Shown: positions 1 through 9,950, numbered from the stretch's first letter. The stretch: DNA of 64,000 nucleotides from Myxococcales bacterium (GCA_047601445.1 JASGJH010000001.1:1120001-1184000), one strand, 5' to 3'. Notes: generated by a model from the letters alone, not told the origin. Numbers and translations: made by a program.

Positions 1-1
1 C

Positions 2-1315
2 GGGGCCCGCACCAGCGAGCTGACCTTGCCCGGCTTTCGCCACGACGACTGCTCTTCGGTGCATCCGCTCGCGTTGGCATCACCTTTCTTTCGCGACCTT
101 GGCCTGGAGAGGTACGGCCTTCAGTGGGTCCATCCGAGCGCGCCGCTGGTCCATGCGCTGAATGAAGACGAAGTGGTGAGCATGGAGCGTTCCGTGAGCG
201 TGACGGCGCACGGGCTGGGTGCGGACCGGATTGCCTACGAAGCGTTGATGGGACCTTTCGTGGAGCACTTTCATGAACTCGCGCCGATGGTGCTCGGTCC
301 CCTGCGTTGGCCCACCTCGCCGCTGTTCATGGCGCGCTTCGGCCTGCAAGCCATACGCTCGCTGCATGGCTTGGCGGGCTCCTGGTTTTCGGAATCCAGG
401 GCCGCTGCGTTGCTCGCAGGGATTGCCGCGCACGCCATGGTGCCGCTCGAGCGGGCTGCGACGGCTTCCTTTGCGCTGGTGCTCGGCGCCGCCGCGCACG
501 CGGTGGGGTGGCCGGTCGCGGTCGGAGGCTCACAAGCCATCAGCGACGCGCTGCTCGCTTGTTACCGAGAGCTCGGCGGTGAACTGTGCACGGGGCGGGC
601 GATCCGCCATGCGTCCCAGCTGCCCGCTGCGCGTTGTTACGTGTACGACCTGCCTCCGCGCCACTTGCTCGACATCGCCGGTGACGCGCTGCCCGCGTTC
701 TATAGGGCGCGCTTGAGGCAGTTTCGGCACGGGCCTGGCGTGTGCAAGGTGGACTGGGCACTCGACGGTCCGATCCCCTGGCGGAATCCCCTGTGCGCGA
801 GGGCGGCGACCGTCCACCTATCGGGAACGCTCTCGAAGGTTGGCGCGTCGGAGCGCGCGGTCCACGCAGGTCGGCACGAGGCCGACCCCTTCGTACTGTT
901 GGTCCAGGCCAGTCTGTTCGACGCAAGCCGCGCGCCCCCTGGCGAGCATACCGGCTGGGCCTACTGCCACGTGCCCGCAGGCTCCGAGGTGGACCAGAGC
1001 GCGGCCATCGAAGCCCACGTGGAGCGCTTTGCGCCAGGCTTTCGCGGGCGGATCCGCGCCCGTCACGTGCGCAGTCCGCGAGACCTGGAGCGTTACAATC
1101 CGAACTGCATCGGCGGCGATATCAGCGGTGGCAGCCCCGACTTGGCCCAACTGTTCTTTCGTCCCGTGGCGCGCGTCGATCCCTACCGCACTCCGGCGCC
1201 GAACATCTTTCTGTGCTCTGCGTCGACCCCGCCCGGCGGCGGCGTCCACGGGATGTGTGGCTACTGGTGCGCGCGCAGCGTGCTCGCCCACTGGCGCCGC
1301 TTGGATCGACCTTGA
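2..1315 (+). CDS. Phytoene desaturase-family NAD(P)/FAD oxidoreductase (5'-partial)
   Basis: Frame is open from base 2 (GARTSELTLPGFRHDDCSSVHP). C-terminal motif LCSASTPPGGGVHGMCG is typical of phytoene dehydrogenase-like proteins. Confidence 0.85.
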   Translation, partial: GARTSELTLPGFRHDDCSSVHPLALASPFFRDLGLERYGLQWVHPSAPLVHALNEDEVVSMERSVSVTAHGLGADRIAYEALMGPFVEHFHELAPMVLGPLRWPTSPLFMARFGLQAIRSLHGLAGSWFSESRAAALLAGIAAHAMVPLERAATASFALVLGAAAHAVGWPVAVGGSQAISDALLACYRELGGELCTGRAIRHASQLPAARCYVYDLPPRHLLDIAGDALPAFYRARLRQFRHGPGVCKVDWALDGPIPWRNPLCARAATVHLSGTLSKVGASERAVHAGRHEADPFVLLVQASLFDASRAPPGEHTGWAYCHVPAGSEVDQSAAIEAHVERFAPGFRGRIRARHVRSPRDLERYNPNCIGGDISGGSPDLAQLFFRPVARVDPYRTPAPNIFLCSASTPPGGGVHGMCGYWCARSVLAHWRRLDRP

Positions 1316-1365
1316 GCGCGGTTGTTGGCCGCCTCGCGAACGCGGCTTCGATCCGAGGCGCCCGC

Positions 1366-1430
1366 TATTTTTGTTAACAAACATGTTATCTCAATTTTAT
1401 TTGCACTAACACACCTATTAATTCAAATAT
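1366..1430 (+). promoter_or_regulatory. AT-rich promoter/operator region of the hydrolase-TetR-oxidase-SDR operon
   Basis: 14 G+C in 65 nt. Palindromes TTGTTAACAA (1371-1380) and AACATGTT (1380-1387). Confidence 0.55.
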
Positions 1431-1461
1431 GCCCCTGCTTGCCTTCGGCAGGGAGGGACCA

Positions 1462-2409
1462 GTGCAACAGGAAAGCGCCGAAAACGTTCCCGGGCCTTCG
1501 CGTGAAGAGGTCCGCTTCGCGATCCGAGGCGAGACTTGCGCCGCATGGTTGTACCGCGCGAAAGGGCGCGGACCGCACCCCATCGTGGTGATGGCTCATG
1601 GGCTCGGCGCCACGCGCGAGCTGGGGCTCGACCCGTATGCGAGGCGCTTTCAGGAAGCCGGCATGTCGGCCTTGGTGTTCGACTACCGTCACTACGGAGC
1701 GAGCTCGGCAGAGCCTCGGGAGCTGCTGTCGATCCCCCGCCAACTCGCGGATTTCCGTGCTGCGGTGGCGTTCGCGCGCGCTTTGCCGGGGGTGGACTCG
1801 ACGCGGGTCGCGATCTGGGGCTCTTCGTTCGGCGGCGGACACGTGATGAGCTTGGCTGCAGAGGAGCTCGGCCTCAGGGCCGCCGTCTCGCAGGTGCCGT
1901 TCTCGAGCGGGCTCGCCAGCACGCTTTGCCTCCCCTTGTTCACGGCGTTGCGCATCACGGCCATGGCGTTGTGGGACCTCGCGCGCACGGCCGTGGGGCT
2001 CTCGCCGGCGTACATTCAACTCCTCGGTGCGCCGGGCGAAGTCGCGCTGATGTCCGCGCCAGACTGCCGCCCGGGCTACCTGAGGCTCGTGCCGCCGGAC
2101 GCGGAACCCGCGGGCCGCTGGCGGAACCGAGTGTGTGCGCGAATCGGCCTCGCCATCCCGCTTTACGCGCCAGGGACGAAGCTCGCGCGCGCTCGGATTC
2201 CCGTGTTCGTGGCGGTGGCCGAGCAAGACTCGATTGCCCCCGCCGGCCCGACCATTCGTGCCGCCGAGCAGAATCCCCAGGTAGAGCTCAAGCGCTATCC
2301 CCTCGGGCACTTCGACTACTATCCGGAGCCCAGCTCGAAAGCTGGCGCCGAGTTCGACCGGGTCTTCGCGGACGAGATGGTCTTCCTGCGCAAGCACCTG
2401 CTGGCATGA
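1462..2409 (+). CDS. Alpha/beta hydrolase (peptidase S15/esterase-like)
   Basis: VVMAHG and FDYR motifs, nucleophile elbow WGSSFGG, C-terminal GHF. GTG start follows GGGAGGG RBS; alternative ATG at 1429. Confidence 0.85.
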   Translation: MQQESAENVPGPSREEVRFAIRGETCAAWLYRAKGRGPHPIVVMAHGLGATRELGLDPYARRFQEAGMSALVFDYRHYGASSAEPRELLSIPRQLADFRAAVAFARALPGVDSTRVAIWGSSFGGGHVMSLAAEELGLRAAVSQVPFSSGLASTLCLPLFTALRITAMALWDLARTAVGLSPAYIQLLGAPGEVALMSAPDCRPGYLRLVPPDAEPAGRWRNRVCARIGLAIPLYAPGTKLARARIPVFVAVAEQDSIAPAGPTIRAAEQNPQVELKRYPLGHFDYYPEPSSKAGAEFDRVFADEMVFLRKHLLA

Positions 2410-3158
2410 TCAGACGAACCGACAAGGACGAAGCTCGCAACCCGGGTGCGCGCAAGCGTTCTCCCTCACGGGCGCAGACGCGCACGCGTGCGCGGGGCCG
2501 ACCGCCCAAGACCGCCGAAGGACACGCAGAGATGCGACGCACCTTCCTCGAGGCCACCCGCCGCGTGTTTGCACGCGAGGGCTACCACGCCTTGAGCGTC
2601 GAACTCGTCCTGCGCGAAGCCGGGCTATCGCGGCCCACCTTCTACAAGTACTTCGAGTCCGTCGACGCTGCCATCGACGTGGTGCTGCGCGAAGTCAACG
2701 ATGACCTCATCGAGAGCCTGCTCTCCGCCATCTCAAGTGCCAGTGCGCCCTACGACAAGCTCGAGGCCGCACTGCTGGCGTGGCGCTCCTGGGGGGAGCG
2801 GCTGGGACCCATGCTGCGGCCGCTCTTCGCGGAGCTACATGACCCGCACTCGCCTGCATCGCGGCATCGAAAGCGTACCCAGCGCCTCCTGGCGAAGCAC
2901 TTCTTGTCCGCGAGCGAGGCGATCGGGCGGCCGGCCCCCGCTCCTTTGATGCTCGAGACGCTGATCCAGGGCATGGAGTTCCTCGGCTATCGCTACCACT
3001 TCGAGACCAAGCGCGACGCCGAAAGCTGGCGCATCACCCGGGAAGCCATGTTGCGGCTAGCCTTCGGCATGTTGGCGACGGAGCCTGAGCTGGCTCACGC
3101 GGTACCGCTTCTGCGCGCAGCCAACGTGCGCCTCTCGCACGAGGAGCGCACGCCATGA
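2406..3158 (+). CDS. TetR/AcrR family transcriptional regulator
   Basis: HTH ...VFAREGYHALSVELVLREAGLSRPTFYKYFES. ATGA overlaps with both neighbours. Confidence 0.9.
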   Translation: MIRRTDKDEARNPGARKRSPSRAQTRTRARGRPPKTAEGHAEMRRTFLEATRRVFAREGYHALSVELVLREAGLSRPTFYKYFESVDAAIDVVLREVNDDLIESLLSAISSASAPYDKLEAALLAWRSWGERLGPMLRPLFAELHDPHSPASRHRKRTQRLLAKHFLSASEAIGRPAPAPLMLETLIQGMEFLGYRYHFETKRDAESWRITREAMLRLAFGMLATEPELAHAVPLLRAANVRLSHEERTP

Positions 3159-4753
3159 GCTTCGACTTCGACGTGGTGATCGTGGGCTCGGGCTTCGGCG
3201 GCAGCGTCACCGCCCTGCGGCTCGCCGAGCGTGGGAAGCGTGTCTGCGTACTCGAGCAGGGGCGTCGCCCCTCGTCCCGTGACCTCGAGCGTGCCGGCGA
3301 CGATCCGCGTGCCCTCGCCTGGGCCCCGGATCTCAAGCTCACAGGCGTGCTCTCTCTCGACGTGTTCCGCCACCTGGCCGTGCTGCGCGGCGTGGGCGTC
3401 GGTGGCGGGAGTCTCATCTACGCGGGTGTGCTGCTCGAACCACGCGCCAGCTTCTTCCGCTCGCCGGCATGGTCGCACCTCTCAGCGGACTTCGCGACAG
3501 AGCTCGCTCCCCATTTCGCCAGTGTGCGCCGCATGCTCGGCGTCGCGGACAATCCTTACAAGGGCCTGCAAGACGAGTGGCTGGCCCGGGCGGCTGCGCG
3601 CATGGGGAAGGGCGACACCTACGGCACGGTGCCGCAAGGCATCTTCTTCGGGGACAGCGAGCGCGAGACGCCAGATCCTTTTTTCGGCGGTGCCGGACCG
3701 GCTCGACGTGGCTGCACTCAGTGTGGCCGTTGCCTGAGCGGGTGCGCTTACGGGGCCAAGAACTCGCTCGATTTGAACTACCTCCATCTCGCCGAACGCC
3801 ACGGTGCGCGAATTCTCAGCGAGCGTCAGGTGACTCATGTGGAGCCGCTCCCAGGGGGTGGGTACCGCGTTCATCAGAGGCACGCCTGGGACCGCAGCGT
3901 CCGCCACGCGCCGATATCCGCCCGGCAGGTCGTGCTGGCTGCGGGGGTGCTCGGCACGCTCGAGGTGCTGTTCGCTTCGCGTGACCGCTACCGTTCCCTG
4001 CCGGCGCTGCCGCCTTCGCTCGGCCGTGTGGTACGCACCAACAGTGAGGCCCTGGTCGGCATCTTGGCGCGCGATCGGGAACAGAACCTCACGCACGGCG
4101 CGACCATCTCCTCGCACTTCTACCCCAACGAAAAAACGCACATCACCCAGAATCGCCTGCCGCCGAGCTTCGATTTGATGCGCTTCGGCATGGGTCCCCT
4201 CGTCGACGGTCCGGACGCGAGGCGGCGCGCTCTCCGGGTTCTCTCCGGCATGGCAGGTCGTCCGGTCGCCACCGCGCGGACCCAAATCGTGAGCGATTGG
4301 CACCGTCGCATGACCATGCTCACGGTGATGCAAGACACCGACACGGAGCTGGCGTTCGGCTATGGACGCACGCCCTTTCGCGGGCTGCGGCGTGGCCTCA
4401 CGTCCCAGGCCGTGCGTGGCGCGCAGCTCGCCTACATCCGGGAGGCGAACGAGGCGGCTCGGGCGTTCGCGGAGGCCAGCGGAGGCACGCCCCTCAACAG
4501 CGTCCTCGAGAGCGTGGGCAACCTCTCGGTCACCGCACACATCCTGGGCGGGGCCGTGATGGCGCCCAACCCCGAGCAAGGCGTGATCGACCGCGACCAT
4601 CAGGTATTCGGCTACGCGGGCCTCTATGTGGTCGATGGCAGCGCGCTGCCCGTGAACGTCGGTGTCAATCCCAGTCTGACCATCGCGGCGCTCGCCGAGC
4701 GCTTTGCTGCGCGCTTCTTGGCGCGCGAAGCGGAGGCTCCCCATGCGCGCTGA
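3155..4753 (+). CDS. choD: GMC oxidoreductase, cholesterol oxidase (ChoD-like)
   Basis: IVGSGFGG FAD motif, CTQCGRCLSGC..GAKNSLD, VRTNSE, TAHILGG and GVNPSLTI motifs. Confidence 0.85.
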   Translation: MSFDFDVVIVGSGFGGSVTALRLAERGKRVCVLEQGRRPSSRDLERAGDDPRALAWAPDLKLTGVLSLDVFRHLAVLRGVGVGGGSLIYAGVLLEPRASFFRSPAWSHLSADFATELAPHFASVRRMLGVADNPYKGLQDEWLARAAARMGKGDTYGTVPQGIFFGDSERETPDPFFGGAGPARRGCTQCGRCLSGCAYGAKNSLDLNYLHLAERHGARILSERQVTHVEPLPGGGYRVHQRHAWDRSVRHAPISARQVVLAAGVLGTLEVLFASRDRYRSLPALPPSLGRVVRTNSEALVGILARDREQNLTHGATISSHFYPNEKTHITQNRLPPSFDLMRFGMGPLVDGPDARRRALRVLSGMAGRPVATARTQIVSDWHRRMTMLTVMQDTDTELAFGYGRTPFRGLRRGLTSQAVRGAQLAYIREANEAARAFAEASGGTPLNSVLESVGNLSVTAHILGGAVMAPNPEQGVIDRDHQVFGYAGLYVVDGSALPVNVGVNPSLTIAALAERFAARFLAREAEAPHAR

Positions 4754-5549
4754 AAGCTGTACCGTCATCACTGGAGGCTCGTCCGGATTGGGACTTGCCC
4801 TGGCCGAGGCCCTTGCCTTGCGTGGGCAGCGGCTAGTCCTCGTGGCCCGCGACAGGAACCGCCTGGAGCGCGCCGTCGCGACCCTCCAGAGCCGAGTCCC
4901 AGCGGCGAACGTGCACGCGCTCGCCCTCGACGTCACGAACGTGCAGCAAGTCCATGCGGCCTTCGCGGAGCTGCCGCAGAAGCACGGACAGGTCGCCTTG
5001 CTGATCAACTCGGCGGGCGCGCTCCGTGAGGGCCCGTTCGAGGAGCTATCGGACCAGGATGCCCGGGCGCTGATGGAGGTCAATTACTTCGGCGCCCTCA
5101 ACGCCATTCGCGCCGCGCTGCCGCAGCTGCGCCGCACCCGCGGGCGCATCCTCAACATCGCCTCGATGGCTGCGCTCACCGGCGTATACGGCTACACGGC
5201 ATATTGCGGGTCAAAGCACGCCCTGCTCGGCGCCTCCGAAGCGCTGCGCGCCGAGCTAGCTCCCCAAGGCGTACGCGTTCAGGTGCTGTGTCCCGGCGAG
5301 TTCGACTCACCCATGATCGAAGAACTCGATCGCTACCGCACCCCGGAGAATCGCGCCCACACCTTGGCCATCCCCAAGACGCCGGTCCCAGTCATCGTGC
5401 GCGACACGCTCGCGGGGCTCGAGAGCGAGCGCTTTCTCTTGATCCCCGGAGCTCCGGCGCGCCTCACCGCGATGGCGCTTCGCCATGCTCCCGCCCTGGT
5501 TCGCTGGGTAGGGGACCTGCGCATTCGCACCGCGGCGAAAAAACGCTGA
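4743..5549 (+). CDS. Short-chain dehydrogenase/reductase (KDSR-like)
   Basis: TGGSSGLG, INSAG and catalytic YCGSK motifs. Confidence 0.9.
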   Translation: MRAESCTVITGGSSGLGLALAEALALRGQRLVLVARDRNRLERAVATLQSRVPAANVHALALDVTNVQQVHAAFAELPQKHGQVALLINSAGALREGPFEELSDQDARALMEVNYFGALNAIRAALPQLRRTRGRILNIASMAALTGVYGYTAYCGSKHALLGASEALRAELAPQGVRVQVLCPGEFDSPMIEELDRYRTPENRAHTLAIPKTPVPVIVRDTLAGLESERFLLIPGAPARLTAMALRHAPALVRWVGDLRIRTAAKKR

Positions 5550-5579
5550 CCGAAGCGAACGGCCGTCGTGCCCCCCCTA

Positions 5580-7700
5580 TTACGGGGTCACGATGCCAAA
5601 CCAGAACGACTGGTTCAGGTCCACCAGCATCACGAGCAGCTCGCTGAACTTGCTGGCATCCCCAGTGACCTTGAGCTTGCCCTGAGCGACGGCGTCCTGA
5701 AGCGAAAGCTGCTTGCCCAGGATCTGATTGAGCACGGCGCGGTCCAACGTGATGGTGGCGTCGGCGTCCTTGGCCTGGAAGTCGCTCCAGTGGTTCAACA
5801 CGGAGTGCTCGAGGAACAGGGCGTACTTCTGCTTCACGTCGGGCAGCACGAAGTTGAGCGCGAGCTTCTTGCCGCCGGCTTTCTGCGCGTCCAGCTGAAT
5901 GCCCATGTAGCCGAAGATCAGATCGAGGGGCATGTTGGCCAGGATGTCAGGACTGCTAGTGCTCGGCGTCGCGGCCTTCGCGATCCCCTCGCGCAGCTCC
6001 TTGGCGCCCGACAGGTAGAAGTTCCGCCAGGGTCCGCTTTCGGCCTGGTAGCCCATCTGTTCCAGCAGGTCCGCCAGCACATTCTTCGCGTCTTGGTGCT
6101 CGGGGTGCGCGAACACCAAATGCTTCATGAGCTCGGCGCCCCAGCGGTACTGGCCCTCCGCGAGCGCCTTCTTGCCGAGGATGAGCACCGCGGCAGGCCC
6201 CCCCAGGACGGCCACGTACCGGTGCGCCAACTCGCTGGGCGGAAGCGGGTCGAGGTTCGCTGGATTTCCGTCGAAGTACCCGAGGTAGAAATTGTAGACG
6301 GCCCGCACGTTGTGGCTCTGTGAGCCGTAGTAGCCGTGGGTCGACCACTGCGCGACCAGGTCGTCGGGGAGCGCCACCTTGGGGGCGAGTTCGTTGATGG
6401 TGTAGCCCTGATTGGCGAAGTGCAGGGTCTGGTCGTGCAGGAACTTGTAGATGTCGCGCTGGCCCTTCACGTGCGCCACCACGGCCTGAGTTCCCCGCGT
6501 CGGCCAGTGGTGCATGCCCAGCTCCACCTCCGCCACGTCGCCCCACTTGCGGATCGCGCGATTCAGGTACTCTGGCCACTTGGCGGCGTCGCGTGTCTTG
6601 GCCCCCCGCAACGTGTAGAGATTGTGCATCGTGTGCGTCGAGTCCTCGGCGGTGTTGAGCACCTTGTACTTCGGCAGGTACCACATCATCTCGGACGGGG
6701 CCTCGGAGCCAGGCGCGTTGAGGAACTCGTAGCGGATGCCGTCGATGGTGCGGACCTCCTCGGGTTGCGTGATCAGATCGGTGGGCGCGATCAGCGTCAA
6801 CTGCCCCGACGACGTCGTGATGCCGAGGCCGGCCGTGTTCTGGCCCTGCGCGCTCACCGGCAGAAGGTTCCCGTACATGTAGCTGGCGCGTCGGCCCATC
6901 GCGGTGCCGGCGTAGACGTTCTCGGAGATAGCATTCTCGATGAAGCCAGCGGGCGCGTAGATCTTCACCTTACCGGCCTTCACGTCGGCCTCGTCGACCA
7001 CGCCGCGTACGCCGCCGAAGTGGTCCACGTGCGAGTGGCTGTACACCACGGCCACCACCGGCCTTTTGGGGCGGTGCGCGTAGTAGAGCTCGAGCGCGGC
7101 TTTGGCTGTCTCGGCGGAGATCAGCGGGTCGTAGATGGTGATGCCGCGTGTCCCCTCGACGATGGTCATGTTCGACAGGTCCGCGCCTCGAACCTGGTAG
7201 ACCCCGGCCACGACCTCGAAGAGCCCGTTGAACATCAGGAGCTGCGCCTGCCGCCACAAACTCGGGTTCACCGTCTCCGGCGCCCGCTCACCCTGGCGTA
7301 TGTAGTCCAAGAATGGCTTCAGACTCCACACGACCTTGCCTTCGGCGTCCTTGATCTCTCCCGCGTTGGGAAGGGGTGCGATCAGACCGTGCCTGGCGTC
7401 TTCGAAGTCGCGCGTATCCTTGAACGGATACGCTTCGAGCAAAGCGGCATGCGCGGCTCGGGTCGCCTCGCTGGCGCCTTGAGGCGTGCCCTTCGAGGCG
7501 TCCTCGCTCGCGGTGGCCGGTGCGGACACGGCTGGGGGCGCGTCGGTCGACGAGGTCGCAGCAGGCAGAACCTGAGCCTGAGCCTGGGCCGGGCTAGCGA
7601 CGGGTGTTGGATGCGACGCGCAGGCGGTGACCACGCTCAGCAGGCAAGCCATCCCCGCGACCCGAGGTTCACCGACGCGTCGGTACGTTGTATTGCTCAT
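5580..7700 (-). CDS. Alkyl/aryl sulfatase (SdsA1/YjcS-type, MBL fold plus SCP2-like C-terminus), probable lipoprotein
   Basis: VNPSLWRQ, HSHVDHFGG, HNLYTLRG and YLGYFDGNP motifs. N-terminal VTAC lipobox and Ala/Pro linker. Confidence 0.92.
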   Translation of the reverse strand: MSNTTYRRVGEPRVAGMACLLSVVTACASHPTPVASPAQAQAQVLPAATSSTDAPPAVSAPATASEDASKGTPQGASEATRAAHAALLEAYPFKDTRDFEDARHGLIAPLPNAGEIKDAEGKVVWSLKPFLDYIRQGERAPETVNPSLWRQAQLLMFNGLFEVVAGVYQVRGADLSNMTIVEGTRGITIYDPLISAETAKAALELYYAHRPKRPVVAVVYSHSHVDHFGGVRGVVDEADVKAGKVKIYAPAGFIENAISENVYAGTAMGRRASYMYGNLLPVSAQGQNTAGLGITTSSGQLTLIAPTDLITQPEEVRTIDGIRYEFLNAPGSEAPSEMMWYLPKYKVLNTAEDSTHTMHNLYTLRGAKTRDAAKWPEYLNRAIRKWGDVAEVELGMHHWPTRGTQAVVAHVKGQRDIYKFLHDQTLHFANQGYTINELAPKVALPDDLVAQWSTHGYYGSQSHNVRAVYNFYLGYFDGNPANLDPLPPSELAHRYVAVLGGPAAVLILGKKALAEGQYRWGAELMKHLVFAHPEHQDAKNVLADLLEQMGYQAESGPWRNFYLSGAKELREGIAKAATPSTSSPDILANMPLDLIFGYMGIQLDAQKAGGKKLALNFVLPDVKQKYALFLEHSVLNHWSDFQAKDADATITLDRAVLNQILGKQLSLQDAVAQGKLKVTGDASKFSELLVMLVDLNQSFWFGIVTP

Positions 7701-7953
7701 GCTCCGCTCCAGGCGAACGCGGGCACGAGGCCTAAAGCCTCGCCCCCGATCTCGTGACAGGACCGCAATCTGGCTCGCTGCCCGTCTGCTTGCGCACGAC
7801 GTCGCGAGAAGGACGACAGGCCTCGTGGCAAACTAGCTGATGCGATCGGAAGATGCTCGAACAAGCTCGTCGGATTGCGCAGCGATTGAGACGACGCGCA
7901 TTTGAGCGCCGTACAATCTACGGCGACTCGAGGGCCATTCGGGGGAGGACTGC

Positions 7954-8793
7954 GTGAACGTGGAGCACGGCGCCGCGCGCGGGTCATGGCGAAGACACGT
8001 GGGCCGGCTGTGCTGGATGCTCGGCTGCATCACGGCAATGCTGGCGCAACCCGCTCGCTCGGCCGCCCACGACACCAACTCCGATTTCCAGCTTTGGCAT
8101 CAGACCTACGTCGCCATGAAGCTGCCCAAGCGGGTGCTATTGGACGTCGATCTCCAGGTGCGTCGCACCGACCAGCTCCTGGCCGACACCGCTGGCGACT
8201 CCGGCACCAACCAAGGACCTGCGCCGAATACCTGGTTGATCGTCCGTCCCATCGTGGGCTACCAGGCCCTCTCGTGGTTCTCGGTCTGGCTCGGCTATGC
8301 GTTCAACGCTGTGCTCTACAACGAACCGTCCATGCGCAGCACCAAGAACGTCGCGGAGGATCGCATCTTCCAGCAGGCCGTCGTGAGTGTTTCGCGCGGC
8401 GCGTGGACCTTCAAGCTGCGCACCCGACTCGAACAGCGTTATCGCAGTCACGGTCCCGGCTCGCCTGGTCAAAGCGATGGCGAGACCTCCTGGGCCATTC
8501 GGTTTCGTCAGCAGGCGCAGGCAACCTTCACTCTTCGCGAAGGCAAGCCCTGGTTGCTCGCAGCCTGGGACGAGGTCCTCGTCAACTGCAATCGAACCAA
8601 CTACGAGACCGAGCCGGGTTTCAGCCAGAACCGCGCGTTCCTCGGCATTGGATACACTCCCGACGAGACCATCCTCGCCGAGCTTGGCTACCTGAACCAG
8701 TACACGCACAGCTATGGCGGCAGCCCCAACGAGCTCAGTCACGCGCTTCTTACGTCGCTTCAATTCAAGTTCGATCTTGCCGACGGAGTCTGA
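7954..8793 (+). CDS. DUF2490-like outer-membrane beta-barrel protein
   Basis: Signal peptide. EDRIFQQ, RTRLEQR, FSQNRAFLGIGY and ELGYLNQ motifs. Confidence 0.75.
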   Translation: MNVEHGAARGSWRRHVGRLCWMLGCITAMLAQPARSAAHDTNSDFQLWHQTYVAMKLPKRVLLDVDLQVRRTDQLLADTAGDSGTNQGPAPNTWLIVRPIVGYQALSWFSVWLGYAFNAVLYNEPSMRSTKNVAEDRIFQQAVVSVSRGAWTFKLRTRLEQRYRSHGPGSPGQSDGETSWAIRFRQQAQATFTLREGKPWLLAAWDEVLVNCNRTNYETEPGFSQNRAFLGIGYTPDETILAELGYLNQYTHSYGGSPNELSHALLTSLQFKFDLADGV

Positions 8794-8999
8794 CGGCCCG
8801 CGACCGCTGCCGGCAGAGCGCGCTCCAGGCAGACCGTGGCGCCCTCGAGTTCGAGAATCTCCTGCGTGAAACTGCCGGCTCTGGCCCAGCGTTACCAGGA
8901 TGCATCCCGACGCTCGTGCGCTTCGACCGCGGCCGGGAGAGTAACCGCGTTTCGGGCGCCATGCGCGCAGAGCAGCTCGCTCAGGAGCTGGCCATCTAA
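8794..8999 (+). pseudogene. Thioredoxin C-terminal remnant
   Basis: LPALAQRYQ, then a frame change, then IPTLVRFDRGRESNRVSGAMRAEQL*. No WCGPC motif and no start codon. Confidence 0.6.
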
Positions 9000-9129
9000 G
9001 CCCGAGTCAGCCCCCGTCGGCGGCCCCAGGCACACGAGCCTGACCGTTCGTTCTCTTCAGCAAGGGTCAATGAACTTCGCGACGAGCTTGTTACTCTGCG
9101 CTGCCCAGCGAGCCACGTAGTCTGACGAC

Positions 9130-9834
9130 ATGCAGATCGGAATCATCGGCGCTGGCGGGATGGGAACGACCCTGGCGCGTCACCTGGCGCGGCTCGAACA
9201 TGATGTCTTGTTGGCGAACTCGCGCGGGCCGCGCAGCCTTGCTGCCGTGGCGACCGCGCTGGGGGCCAGGGCGGCTTCGGTCGCCGACGCCGTCAACGTC
9301 CGGGACTTGGTCCTGCTCGCGATCCCGACGAAGGCGGTGGCGGAGCTTCCGCGCGGACTCTTCAAGGCCATTCCTGAGAGTGCCGTGGTCGTCGATCTCG
9401 GCAACTATCATCCGCAGCTCCGTGATGGGCGCATCGATGCCATCGAGCACGGAATGTTGGACAGCGAATGGGTCGCACAACAGATCGGGCAGCCCGTGGT
9501 CAAAGCCTTCAACAATATCTTGGCCAAGAGCTTGCTGGAGAGGGGCGTCCCCCAGGGAAGCCCGGGCCGGATTGCGCTTCCGGTCGCGGGCGACTCGTGG
9601 GCAGCGAGGGGAACGGTACTCGGCCTGGTCAACGAACTCGGATTCGATGCCATCGATGGCGGGGCCCTGGGTGATTCATGGCGGCAAGGGACGGGGACAC
9701 CGGCCTATTGCAAGGACCTCGGCTCCGAGGAGCTTCGCCGTGCGCTTGCCGAAGCTGAGCGGACGCGGGTGGCCGAGTATCGTTCCTGCGAAGAGGACCG
9801 GATTCGGCGGGCGTTGCGCGCCCAGACCGCCTGA
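9130..9834 (+). CDS. NADP oxidoreductase (F420-dependent reductase family)
   Basis: IGIIGAGGMG, LANSRGP, GNY.P.RDG, VVKAFNNI and SWRQ..GTPAY motifs. Confidence 0.88.
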   Translation: MQIGIIGAGGMGTTLARHLARLEHDVLLANSRGPRSLAAVATALGARAASVADAVNVRDLVLLAIPTKAVAELPRGLFKAIPESAVVVDLGNYHPQLRDGRIDAIEHGMLDSEWVAQQIGQPVVKAFNNILAKSLLERGVPQGSPGRIALPVAGDSWAARGTVLGLVNELGFDAIDGGALGDSWRQGTGTPAYCKDLGSEELRRALAEAERTRVAEYRSCEEDRIRRALRAQTA

Positions 9835-9950
9835 GGGACAGGGCGACGCAGGGGGCTAGGTTTCGTGGGCGTAAAAAGCGCAGCCACGACGTTCGAACAG
9901 CCGATGCAGGAGCCGCCTAACTCACCGGCGTCCCGTATGCTCTCGACATC

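Noticed and set aside
1536..3158. Apparent long N-terminal extensions or fusions (TetR 540 aa; also 29850-30605, 39812-41743, 59426-60631)
   Set aside because: Artefacts of taking the first start codon. Internal starts with an RBS or ATGA coupling explain the real genes.
3482..7757. Long antisense or alternate-frame ORFs (e.g. 3482-5083, 6336-7757; also 22282-23844, 38320-39813, 44275-46197)
   Set aside because: Shadow ORFs expected at high GC. They overlap motif-supported genes and give Arg/Ala/Pro-rich or reverse-codon translations.
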